A stretch of 32,000 nt of DNA from Microcystis aeruginosa NIES-843 (GTDB lineage Bacteria; Cyanobacteriota; Cyanobacteriia; Cyanobacteriales; Microcystaceae). The notes beneath the pieces were generated by a model. That model saw only the letters and a list, made by a program, of their open reading frames with translations. It was not told the origin of the DNA and ran no database searches. The DNA lies in NCBI RefSeq assembly GCF_000010625.1, contig NC_010296.1, positions 3,630,001 to 3,662,000 on the forward strand. The letters run 5' to 3'. The stretch's first letter is position 1; every line of letters starts with the position of its first letter. Positions 6,890-15,004 of this stretch are shown here, piece after piece. The translations under genes were made by a program, and so were the position numbers.

Positions 6890-7185
6890 TCCTTCATCTG
6901 CTAAATTAGTTGTTTCTAAGATTCTTGAAATTTTTGCTTTTTCCTCATCAGAAATTGCACTAAACAGGTCAGCATCAATCTGAATTTTAAGACGTGGTAT
7001 GACTTTTTTCCTCGTGAATGTGTAATTTAACCTAACTAGGGACTATTCGGAAGCTTGTCGGCATAACGGTTGAATTGAGCGGCAATAGATCGCTTCTCAA
7101 CTCAACACCAAAATCCCTAATATTGTCCGCTCCAATGATTTGTTATGCCCCGATCGCTTATCAAAATTTAATCTTTGCGATCGCA

Positions 7186-7704
7186 CTATGGGGTAGGTCT
7201 TCTAAGAAAACTTGCATCATCGCGGAAAAGGCGGCTACCATTGAATTTATCAAGCCAAAGTTCCCAGTCTCGGTGTCTAATATAATAGCCAGGGAAATTC
7301 GAGGATTCGTAAGAAGTGCCACCTTTAGAACTCAATCCAGTTTTAGGGCAGAATGTAGCATCTTTCCTAAAGAGTGTACTACCATCATTAGATGACAGCA
7401 CTATACGAAAGTTTTGATGACGCAAAAAATAATCGGGAAAATTTTTTGATTCTAACGAAATACAGTTGGGGTCTGCCAAGCCTGTTCTAATTCTGAAGCT
7501 TGAATCAAGTTCATCCAGATTCGTGCTAATAGGCTCAACATATCCTTGAAAGTTTCTGTGTCGAATATATCTTCTTGGGTAATTTACAGATTCAAATCGA
7601 GCATATATAAAGCGTGGCTGAGCTGTTGCAGGTGCTTGATTAAGAATAGCAGGCACCATACCTACACTTACACACACAATTAAACTTGATTTCAATAAAT
7701 TCAT
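7186..7704 (-). CDS. Secreted AbfB-domain (beta-trefoil carbohydrate-binding) protein
   Basis: N-terminal signal-like segment MNLLKSSLIVCVSVGMVPAILNQAPATA. Three repeats of the N(F/Y)Pxx(Y/F)(I/L)RH motif: NYPRRYIRHRNF, NFPDYFLRHQNF, NFPGYYIRHRDW. Confidence 0.7.
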   Translation of the reverse strand: MNLLKSSLIVCVSVGMVPAILNQAPATAQPRFIYARFESVNYPRRYIRHRNFQGYVEPISTNLDELDSSFRIRTGLADPNCISLESKNFPDYFLRHQNFRIVLSSNDGSTLFRKDATFCPKTGLSSKGGTSYESSNFPGYYIRHRDWELWLDKFNGSRLFRDDASFLRRPTP

Positions 7705-8218
7705 TTTCTTTCCTTTATTTGATATTGAGCCTTAGTAGTAGAGAAACCTAAAACAGACAACCTTAACGGACTTCGCGGGCTTCGGCATAACTACATATTA
7801 TACAGAAACTTTCCGTAAAAAACTCTCCAGAGTAACGATATGATTCAACTTTCGGCATATCACTCCATTTAGGCGCAATCGCCCGAACTTTTCCCGATAT
7901 CACGCCCAAAAGCGTGTTAGCCAGATTAGCTTACTGCAAACAGCCTCCTTTTAAGGAGACTTATCACAGAAGCTTTCTAGAAATCTAGCAAAGATTCTTG
8001 TATCTGGCTGCACTTTGTCACAGAATTTCACTATTATTTCGGGTAAGGTATGGTAAATCCCTTGATAGATTCAATCGGGACTAACTTCTGGGAAAACCGC
8101 TATAAATCTCCTGCAAAAATCAAAAATCTGACCTTAAGTGAGGAGAATCCGAGACAGGAGGAGAAAAAAGACAGGAAAATTTAGTACAAAAGCTCTGCTC
8201 TCCCTGCTCTGGCGCTCC

Positions 8219-9670
8219 CTAGTTTGCCAGAGGTCGATTGCGACGACAATTATCGCAATGACCACAGCGAAAATTATCGGCATTTTCCTGAAAACCAAAA
8301 GCATTTAAGAGAAAGTGCCAACGACAGCGACGGGTATAGAGGTAGGGAAACATCTCATTTTTGGGTTTAAAAGTCATCTTGGCGGAATTATGGCGATAAA
8401 TAAGCCGATAATGAAAAGGATCGAGCCATTCTAGGCGATCGAGACTGTGTAAAAGGGAGAGAATGAGCGCACCATCGGGAAATTCGGCACTAATCGCCTC
8501 TACTTTGCCCTCTAGGGGAATTTGGGCTAAAATTTGCCAAGCTTGTCGGTATTGGCGTTCCTGTTGGGAGTTAAAGAATTTTTGCTGGTTTTTATCGCTA
8601 TTATCTAACCATCCCGTCGGTTCACTAATTAAGGTGAGAGCCTGCATTTTGCCGCCATCGCGACCACCGCGGCCGATTTCCTGTAGGTATTCCGATAGTA
8701 AAGCTGGGGGTTGGTAGTGGACAACCCAACGCACATCGGGTTTGTTGATACCCATGCCAAAAGCTGAGGTACAGACAACAAAAGTTAAATCCCCCCGCAG
8801 CCAATTTTGTTCTATTTCCCGACGCTGAAAGGGCGATAAACCGGCATGATAGGCACTGGTGCGATAGTGGAGAGATTGCAACCATGTCGCTAAATTTTCA
8901 CTATGGCGACGGGAACGAGTATAGATCAGGCCGGATTGTCGAGGTTGACTGGTGAGGAAGTTTAATAGTTGATGACGACGACAACCGGGGCTAATACATA
9001 TTTTGGTGCTTAAGTCAAGGTTTTGACGGTAAGGATTTATTAAGAAAAGTTGTGGTTTTTCTAGTTGTAAGATGCGGGTGAGAGTCTCACGGGTGGCGGG
9101 GTTAGCGGTGGCGGTAAAAGCAGCGATCGCTATTTGGCTGCCGGTCGGTTTTGATTGCAGCAGAGCGGGACGGACAGCCCCAAGACGACGGTAAGCAGGA
9201 CGAAAATTATCGCCCCACTGGGTTAAACAATGGGCCTCGTCGAGGATGAGAGCGTTAATTTTAACGTGGGGAAGGGTTAATTTTGACCAGAGGGGCGGAC
9301 TTAAGAGGGTTTCTGGGGAAAGATAGAGAAGTCGCAGGGTTTGATCTGCGATCGCTGCTAAGGTTTTCTTTCTCTGTTGTCGGGGGATTTCGTGATGAAT
9401 CAGGGCGACGGGTAGTTTTTTGGCTAATAATTCCTCCACCTGATTTTCCATCAGGGCAACCAGGGGAGAAATCACTAGGGTTAAGCCAGTTTTTAATAAA
9501 GCGGGCAATTGAAAACAGATAGATTTACCGAATCCCGTGGGCATGACAATCAGAGCATCTTTTGCCGCTAGAATTGTCTCGATAATCTCCTGTTGGGGAA
9601 AGCGAAAGCTATCATAGCCCCAAATTTTTTGAAAAATAGTCTGGATGCTTTCGGTATTGTGGGAAGACAT
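8219..9670 (-). CDS. recQ: RecQ-family ATP-dependent DNA helicase (short form, no HRDC)
   Basis: FRFPQQEII, MPTGFGKS (motif I), LDEAHC (DEAH box), TATA, FGMGINKPDVRWVVHY, GRGGRDG, and a C-terminal CGHCDNC zinc motif. Confidence 0.9.
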   Translation of the reverse strand: MSSHNTESIQTIFQKIWGYDSFRFPQQEIIETILAAKDALIVMPTGFGKSICFQLPALLKTGLTLVISPLVALMENQVEELLAKKLPVALIHHEIPRQQRKKTLAAIADQTLRLLYLSPETLLSPPLWSKLTLPHVKINALILDEAHCLTQWGDNFRPAYRRLGAVRPALLQSKPTGSQIAIAAFTATANPATRETLTRILQLEKPQLFLINPYRQNLDLSTKICISPGCRRHQLLNFLTSQPRQSGLIYTRSRRHSENLATWLQSLHYRTSAYHAGLSPFQRREIEQNWLRGDLTFVVCTSAFGMGINKPDVRWVVHYQPPALLSEYLQEIGRGGRDGGKMQALTLISEPTGWLDNSDKNQQKFFNSQQERQYRQAWQILAQIPLEGKVEAISAEFPDGALILSLLHSLDRLEWLDPFHYRLIYRHNSAKMTFKPKNEMFPYLYTRRCRWHFLLNAFGFQENADNFRCGHCDNCRRNRPLAN

Positions 9671-9682
9671 GGGTTAACTGCT

Positions 9683-9715
9683 GGGGTGTGGGGTGTGGGG
9701 TGTGGGGTGTGGGGG
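9683..9715. repeat. (GGGGTGT)4GGGGG heptamer tract
   Basis: Read directly: GGGGTGTGGGGTGTGGGGTGTGGGGTGTGGGGG, 12 nt upstream of the recQ start codon on the opposite strand. Confidence 0.95.
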
Positions 9716-9835
9716 AGTTGAGCGGTTTTGACTATCCCGGACGGGTAATAATTTTTCCCATAATTGAATTTTTTTGGCACTTTTTTAATAATCTGTTACA
9801 CTTATAGCGATCAATCCTTGTCTGGGGAATTACTG

Positions 9836-10021
9836 ATGACTGAACCTGTTAGCACCACTGACCCCGCAGTAGAAACCGCCACGGAAGCGCAACCCAGTTA
9901 CGTCAAGCTGGCGATGCGGAATATGGTCAAGAAAAAAGGCATCTCGTTAAAACACTTTTTTTTGACTACAGCAGCCCTATTAGGCTTTTTTGTCGGTATT
10001 TCCTATCTGACGCGTCCCTAG
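9836..10021 (+). CDS. Small membrane protein, DUF3285-like
   Basis: ATG at 9836. PSYVKLAMRNMVKKKGISLKHFFLTTAALLGFFVGISYL has one C-terminal TM segment. It lies directly upstream of ybeY. The family name is from memory. Confidence 0.55.
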   Translation: MTEPVSTTDPAVETATEAQPSYVKLAMRNMVKKKGISLKHFFLTTAALLGFFVGISYLTRP

Positions 10022-10032
10022 GGTGAAATCTG

Positions 10033-10545
10033 GTGAGTGAGACTTTGCCCCTAGGGGTGGATTTATGCCTACAGGATAATTATTTTGATCCCGGAAATAG
10101 TCCTGTGGATGGGGAAACTTGGCACTATTGGTTGGAGACATGGTTAGGCTATCTATCGGATTATCTCCCCGTTGCCGCCGGTTATGAACTAAGTTTGCGT
10201 TTAACAGACGATCGAGAAATTCAGACCTATAATTGCCAATATCGCCACAAAGATCAACCGACGGATGTTCTCGCTTTTGCCACTCTCGAAGTGGATTTCC
10301 CAGTCGATGAGCGCATTTTAGAGACAGAACCTTTATATTTGGGGGATATTATCATCTCTGTGGAGACAGCACAACAACAGGCTTTAACACAAAATCATTC
10401 TTTGGCGCGAGAATTGGCCTGGTTAACTGCCCACGCTTGTTTACATCTTTTGGGTTGGGACCATCCCGATGAAACAAGTCTGTTAGAAATGCTATCTTTA
10501 CAGGAAACTTTGTTAAAAACCGTCGAAATGCCGATACATAGTTAG
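10033..10545 (+). CDS. ybeY: rRNA maturation endoribonuclease YbeY
   Basis: Zinc motif HACLHLLGWDH. GTG start 11 nt after the preceding stop. Confidence 0.85.
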   Translation: MSETLPLGVDLCLQDNYFDPGNSPVDGETWHYWLETWLGYLSDYLPVAAGYELSLRLTDDREIQTYNCQYRHKDQPTDVLAFATLEVDFPVDERILETEPLYLGDIIISVETAQQQALTQNHSLARELAWLTAHACLHLLGWDHPDETSLLEMLSLQETLLKTVEMPIHS

Positions 10546-10573
10546 TTATTTTTGTCAAGCATTATTGAGGAAT

Positions 10574-11062
10574 ATGAAGACAAATTATCATCAAGCCAAC
10601 CAATCTACCAGCCTATCTAATCCCTATCTCAACAATAATTTTATCCCTCGATCGGGACAGGTGAGTGAGGGCAACAATTCGACTCAAAGAGAATACGCTT
10701 GGCAAGTCGCCTCGAATCTATTAGTCAGTGTTCGCTACGCTTGGGCCGGAGTCCGTTATGCTTTTGTTAGTCAAAGAAATTTTCGCATTCACACCCTGAT
10801 TACCCTAGTAGCGGTTAGTTGGGGCTTATTTTTGCGGGTTAATGCCATGGAAATGGCGATTGTCACCCTTACCTGCGCTCTGGTGATGGTCTTAGAATTA
10901 ATTAACACTGCCCTAGAATCAGTGGTAGATCTGACAGTGGGGCAATCCTACCATGATTTAGCCAAAATAGCGAAAGATTGTGCCGCTGGTGCCGTTTTAA
11001 TCGCCTCGATCGCCGCTTTACTCGTAGCGGCTTTTATTTTTATTCCCCATTTATTAGTTTAA
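10574..11062 (+). CDS. dgkA: Diacylglycerol kinase (DgkA family)
   Basis: FRIH...LELINTALESVVDL...AKDCAAGAVL with three TM segments. The ATG at 10574 with GAGGA upstream is preferred to the TTG at 10565. Confidence 0.8.
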   Translation: MKTNYHQANQSTSLSNPYLNNNFIPRSGQVSEGNNSTQREYAWQVASNLLVSVRYAWAGVRYAFVSQRNFRIHTLITLVAVSWGLFLRVNAMEMAIVTLTCALVMVLELINTALESVVDLTVGQSYHDLAKIAKDCAAGAVLIASIAALLVAAFIFIPHLLV

Positions 11063-11107
11063 GCTGGAAGCTTTTTTCAGTGTTGCCAAAGGCACGGCGT
11101 AGCCGTC

Positions 11108-11135
11108 CAGTAAACAGTAAACAGTGAACAGTGAA
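11108..11135. repeat. Heptamer tract CAGTAAA CAGTAAA CAGTGAA CAGTGAA (STRR-like)
   Basis: Read directly. It continues as CTGAAAACTCAAAT CTGATCA CTGATAA up to about 11170. Confidence 0.9.
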
Positions 11136-11272
11136 CTGAAAACTCAAATCTGATCACTGATAAGCTGTACTGATTTTAAAACGCTTAGGGGAAAATTCAG
11201 TACAAATGCTCGAACTTCCTCTCCCTGCTGCCAACTCCGGCACTGCGGTGCAGTCTTAACCAGTAATTTAGA

Positions 11273-11489
11273 TAGGGTTTGCTGAAAAAGTACGGGCGAA
11301 GCATTCGGATAGAAAATCTCCGGTTTCACCGATAGGTTATTGCCCGAATGCTTCGCCCCTACAGGACGCGGGCCGATGAAGATGCAAGGTTTTGAACCAC
11401 GATTCTCTCAAAATCTTGCACCTGTTTCGCAAGAAAAGCCCCAAAACCCTTACCTTGCCTACATTTCACATTTATTCAGCCAACCCTAG
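11273..11489. mobile_element. MITE sharing the TAGGGTTTGCTGAAAAAG / TTATTCAGCCAACCCTA termini, with a different internal sequence
   Basis: TIRs match those of 1674..1887 and 18717..18931. Internal long hairpin GGGCGAAGCATTCGG...CCGAATGCTTCGCCC. Confidence 0.7.
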
Positions 11490-11503
11490 ATAGTCAACAG
11501 CTT

Positions 11504-11538
11504 AACTGATCACTGATAACTGATCACTGATAACTGAT
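11504..11538. repeat. Heptamer tract (A/C)ACTGAT x5
   Basis: AACTGAT CACTGAT AACTGAT CACTGAT AACTGAT, read directly. Confidence 0.9.
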
Positions 11539-11738
11539 TTGGCATAAGGGGACTCGACAGCTTTTAGCCGATAAATTTAACTTTTCTTAACCTAAGCCTA
11601 AACTGGCGAGGGGAGAGGGTTTCGCTATATATAAAAAATTGTAATCGTCGATACAGCAAAAAATCTCTTTTGTCCCCATATAGGTTAGAATATAGTTAGT
11701 GATAAGACTTCTTTTGTAGATCTTGCAGGAAATCTCCC

Positions 11739-11978
11739 ATGAGTGCCATAACTTTCTCCACCGCTCCCACCGCTTACTCTATCAGGATGATTAAGGACGA
11801 AGTCCGTCAGATGGTAGAACAGGGGGTAGTGAGCAGACACCAACCGATCTACACCCTCTGTCAGTTCATTCCCCCCCGGGAGTGGGTTTGTGTTGAATGT
11901 GAACTAGAACGATGTGACTACCTTCTCAGAGATCAAATTGGTGACTTGATCGCCTCGGAATCTTGGGATAATGATTAA
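11739..11978 (+). CDS. Conserved small cyanobacterial protein (possibly DUF4327-like)
   Basis: Intact 79-aa ORF with the MIKDEVRQMVEQGVVSRHQPIYTLCQFIPPREWVCVECELE pattern. The family name is from memory only. Confidence 0.5.
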   Translation: MSAITFSTAPTAYSIRMIKDEVRQMVEQGVVSRHQPIYTLCQFIPPREWVCVECELERCDYLLRDQIGDLIASESWDND

Positions 11979-12057
11979 ATTCTCCCGTTTGCCGATGGGC
12001 AAAAATCGGACTGATCAGAAATTTAGCAGCCTTGTCCACTTTCTTAAACTATTATAA

Positions 12058-12085
12058 TTCAGCCCCGGTTAATTCTGGGGCTGAA
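12058..12085. terminator. Hairpin between convergent genes (possible bidirectional terminator)
   Basis: TTCAGCCCC-GGTTAATTCT-GGGGCTGAA, a 9-bp perfect stem. There is no strong U tract. Confidence 0.4.
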
Positions 12086-12206
12086 ACTATGGGGATAGGA
12101 GGGGGATAATTGTTGAGAAAAAAGAAGTTTTTGTAAGATTTAGCCAAGTTAGTTTAAAAGTTACCCATTGCCAAGGGACGCTATCTCTAACATCCCCAAA
12201 TTTTCC

Positions 12207-13397
12207 CTAACTTAAAATCAGTAGTTGGCGCTGTTGTAAAGAACGCACAGCAGTTAATCCTAAAGCAACTTGAGCGTCGATTTCTCCCACGGTTAAACGA
12301 CCATCACAAGCTTGTAAAAAAGCAAATTCTGTCTCCGAGAGATTAACCGGCCGATAATCGTAATCTAGAACACTTGCACTAGGCCAACCGTAAAGACAGG
12401 GATGAACTTCGGCCACTGCATTCTCTAGGACTTGATCCCCGGACCAATCGGCAGTCAAAATCGGTGGTTTAGCGAGGAAAAATTCATAGTGGGTGATTTC
12501 TGGGTCTAATAATTCCGTCAAGCGATAACGTTCCCTTTCCCCTAAATTTTGCGCTCTAGCCATCAATTCGGGGGATTTACCCAATAAACGGTCTAATTGC
12601 CAGTAGGAAGGGTTAGAAAAGCCAATAAAGGCTAATCCTGACGCATCAATCAGTTGAAAGAGGGTATCGATATTGTAGTCCACTTCCCGGGGGTGAACGT
12701 ACATATCAGCGAAGGACTCATCGCGATGATTTTCCATTGACCAACGCTCTTTTTCCCGTTTCAAAATGCGATTATTTTCTGGTAGAGAGGCAAAAATCTC
12801 TCGGCCGACAGCGACCCCATCTTTATAATCCCCGCGTCGGTCTCCCTGCAAAAGTGCGATCGCAGATTGCATTAACTGGATTTCCCAGCGTCCCAATTGA
12901 GCATAGACGAAAATATGCAGCAGACCACCGGGGGCCAGTTTTTGCGCGAGGGATTGAATACCTTTAATCGGGTCCGGGAGATGGTGCAGCACCCCGACGC
13001 AGTTAATTAAATCAAATTCTCCCGGGAGATTAGTGGCCGATTCAAGGGGTAAATGGTGAAAATCCAGAGAACCTCGGTGCTTTGTCGCAACTCCCGAACG
13101 ATTACAGCGTTCTTTGGCAATTTCTAGAGCTTTTTCACTGATATCTATCGCGACTACATGAGCGAAAGGGTTGAGCGCAAGCAGATATTCAGTTCCCGCA
13201 CCAGTACCACAACCTGCATCGAGAATGCGGATATCCTCTCGTTCAGGTTTACGATGACAACAAAAGTTATAGGCAGCAATCCAATTCCAGCGCCAATTGT
13301 AACCCGGAGGAGGTTCATCTAGGAGCGGTTCGGGGGGGAAAGGATAGGTATTGTAGAGACGTTGTACAGCAGTGCGAATAGTAGCGTCGTCGGACAT
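12207..13397 (-). CDS. Class I SAM-dependent methyltransferase, 396 aa
   Basis: Motif I ILDAGCGTGAGTEY, DISEKALE, and post-I/II FDLINCVGVLHHLPDP. Confidence 0.8.
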   Translation of the reverse strand: MSDDATIRTAVQRLYNTYPFPPEPLLDEPPPGYNWRWNWIAAYNFCCHRKPEREDIRILDAGCGTGAGTEYLLALNPFAHVVAIDISEKALEIAKERCNRSGVATKHRGSLDFHHLPLESATNLPGEFDLINCVGVLHHLPDPIKGIQSLAQKLAPGGLLHIFVYAQLGRWEIQLMQSAIALLQGDRRGDYKDGVAVGREIFASLPENNRILKREKERWSMENHRDESFADMYVHPREVDYNIDTLFQLIDASGLAFIGFSNPSYWQLDRLLGKSPELMARAQNLGERERYRLTELLDPEITHYEFFLAKPPILTADWSGDQVLENAVAEVHPCLYGWPSASVLDYDYRPVNLSETEFAFLQACDGRLTVGEIDAQVALGLTAVRSLQQRQLLILS

Positions 13398-13683
13398 GAA
13401 AATTGGCGGAGTTTAGGATAACAATCGATCGATTGTCTCACAGACGGCAGCGATCGGGAAAGTCAGCCGGGGTTTTTTTGAGTTAGTCGAGGGTAAATGA
13501 TAAATAATCATTATGACTATCCAGTTCTGTGCCAAAACTAGATATTATTTCTTTGGTCGATATTTTTTTCTATTCCTTGTCCTACTGTCTCTTAACCCTA
13601 TCTAAGTTTTACTGGCAATTATTCGAGAGTCATTCTCTAACAATTATCTCAAATATAAGCAAATCTTGCCGATACAAAAAACC

Positions 13684-14964
13684 ATGAGAATTAAGTCTAT
13701 AAAGCTTGATAATTATCGAGGTGTAGTTAGTTTAAACATCGACTTTCATCGTCAATTAAACGTATTTATAGGAGTTAATGGTGCTGGAAAATCCACCATT
13801 TTAGATAGTTTGGCGATTATGCTTTCATGGTTAGTTAATCGCCTAAAAAATACTAATGCCAGTGGACGAAAGATTAGCGAAACCGAGATTAATAATGGTC
13901 AGGGTACGGCTATAATTGAAATCACTGGGTTGACGGAAGATAGTCAAGAGATTACTTGGAAAATAGTAAAAACTAGGACTGGATATATCCACGCTGGAGA
14001 ACGGAGTAATTTTAGCCAATTAAATGAATACACTCAACAAATACAACGACAAATTACTGAACATCAAGGACAAATTAACTTACCTTTATTTGTTTATTAT
14101 TCTGTTAATCGAGCAGTGGTAGATATACCCTTAAAAATTAAAACAAAACATCAATTTGATTCTCTAAGTGCCTACGAAAATGCTTTAACCAGTGGATCAG
14201 ATTTTCGCACTTTTTTTGAATGGTTTCGCGAGCGCGAAGATTTAGAAAATGAAAATAGAAAATATCAGGATTATCTAATTAAACCAGAAGGTTTTTGTTT
14301 TCCCGATCCCCAATTGGAAGCAGTTCGGGAAACGATCGAACGTTTTCTACCCGATTTTACTAATCTTAGCGTCCGTCGTAATCCCTTGAGAATGGAAGTA
14401 ACAAAAAAGAATGAAATAGTTACTGTTAATCAACTTTCTGATGGAGAAAAATGTCTGATTGCTATGCTGGGAGATTTAGCTCGAAGAATGGCGATTGCTA
14501 ATCCTCAAAATCCTGATCCCTTAACGGGTAATGGTGTTATTATCATTGACGAAATTGACTTACATTTACATCCTCAATGGCAAAGATTTGTAGTACCTAA
14601 ATTACTAGAAGTTTTTCCTAACTGTCATTTTTTTATTTCCACCCATTCTCCTAATATTATCACTCATGTTCAACCAGAAAGTTTACACTTCATGGAACAA
14701 ACAGAAATGGGAATAAAAGTTCATACCGTGCAAGAGTCCTACGGCAAAAATGTTGATCGAATTTTAGAAGATTTGATGGGATTAGAGACAACTCGTCCCA
14801 AGGAAATCGCTGAAGCTTTGAAAGATATCTATGAACAAATATCTCAAAATCAATTAGAGGCAGCTAAAAATAAAATCAATGATCTCAGAGCTAAAATTCA
14901 AGATGATCCAGAATTAATTAAAGCTGAAGTTATTATTCGACGCAAGGAAATTATCGGAAAATGA
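13684..14964 (+). CDS. ABC/SMC-like AAA ATPase, PtuA-like (Septu-type)
   Basis: MRIKSIKLDNYRG N-terminus, Walker A GVNGAGKST, LSDGEK signature-like motif, Walker B VIIIDEIDLHLHP, STHSP. The ATG at 13684 is preferred over the TTG at 13666. Confidence 0.75.
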   Translation: MRIKSIKLDNYRGVVSLNIDFHRQLNVFIGVNGAGKSTILDSLAIMLSWLVNRLKNTNASGRKISETEINNGQGTAIIEITGLTEDSQEITWKIVKTRTGYIHAGERSNFSQLNEYTQQIQRQITEHQGQINLPLFVYYSVNRAVVDIPLKIKTKHQFDSLSAYENALTSGSDFRTFFEWFREREDLENENRKYQDYLIKPEGFCFPDPQLEAVRETIERFLPDFTNLSVRRNPLRMEVTKKNEIVTVNQLSDGEKCLIAMLGDLARRMAIANPQNPDPLTGNGVIIIDEIDLHLHPQWQRFVVPKLLEVFPNCHFFISTHSPNIITHVQPESLHFMEQTEMGIKVHTVQESYGKNVDRILEDLMGLETTRPKEIAEALKDIYEQISQNQLEAAKNKINDLRAKIQDDPELIKAEVIIRRKEIIGK

Positions 14965-15004
14965 AGTATATTAGAAAAAGACAAGAACCACCAGAGTTTA
15001 AGAA

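Noticed and set aside
7075-7395. Plus-strand ORF 7075..7395
   Set aside because: It is largely antisense to the AbfB-domain gene, which has a signal peptide and three clear domain repeats.
8463-9780. ORFs 8463..8717 (+), 8625..8885 (-), 9283..9522 (+), 9568..9780 (-)
   Set aside because: All are alternative-frame or antisense ORFs inside or abutting the recQ-family gene. The last one is translated through the C-rich heptamer tract (PHTPHPTPHTP).
10352-10558. Minus-strand ORF 10352..10558
   Set aside because: It is antisense to ybeY across its catalytic motif.
11144-11329. Minus-strand ORF 11144..11329
   Set aside because: It spans heptamer repeats and the left end of a MITE, and has no SD.
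12737-12967. Plus-strand ORF 12737..12967
   Set aside because: It is antisense to the SAM methyltransferase.
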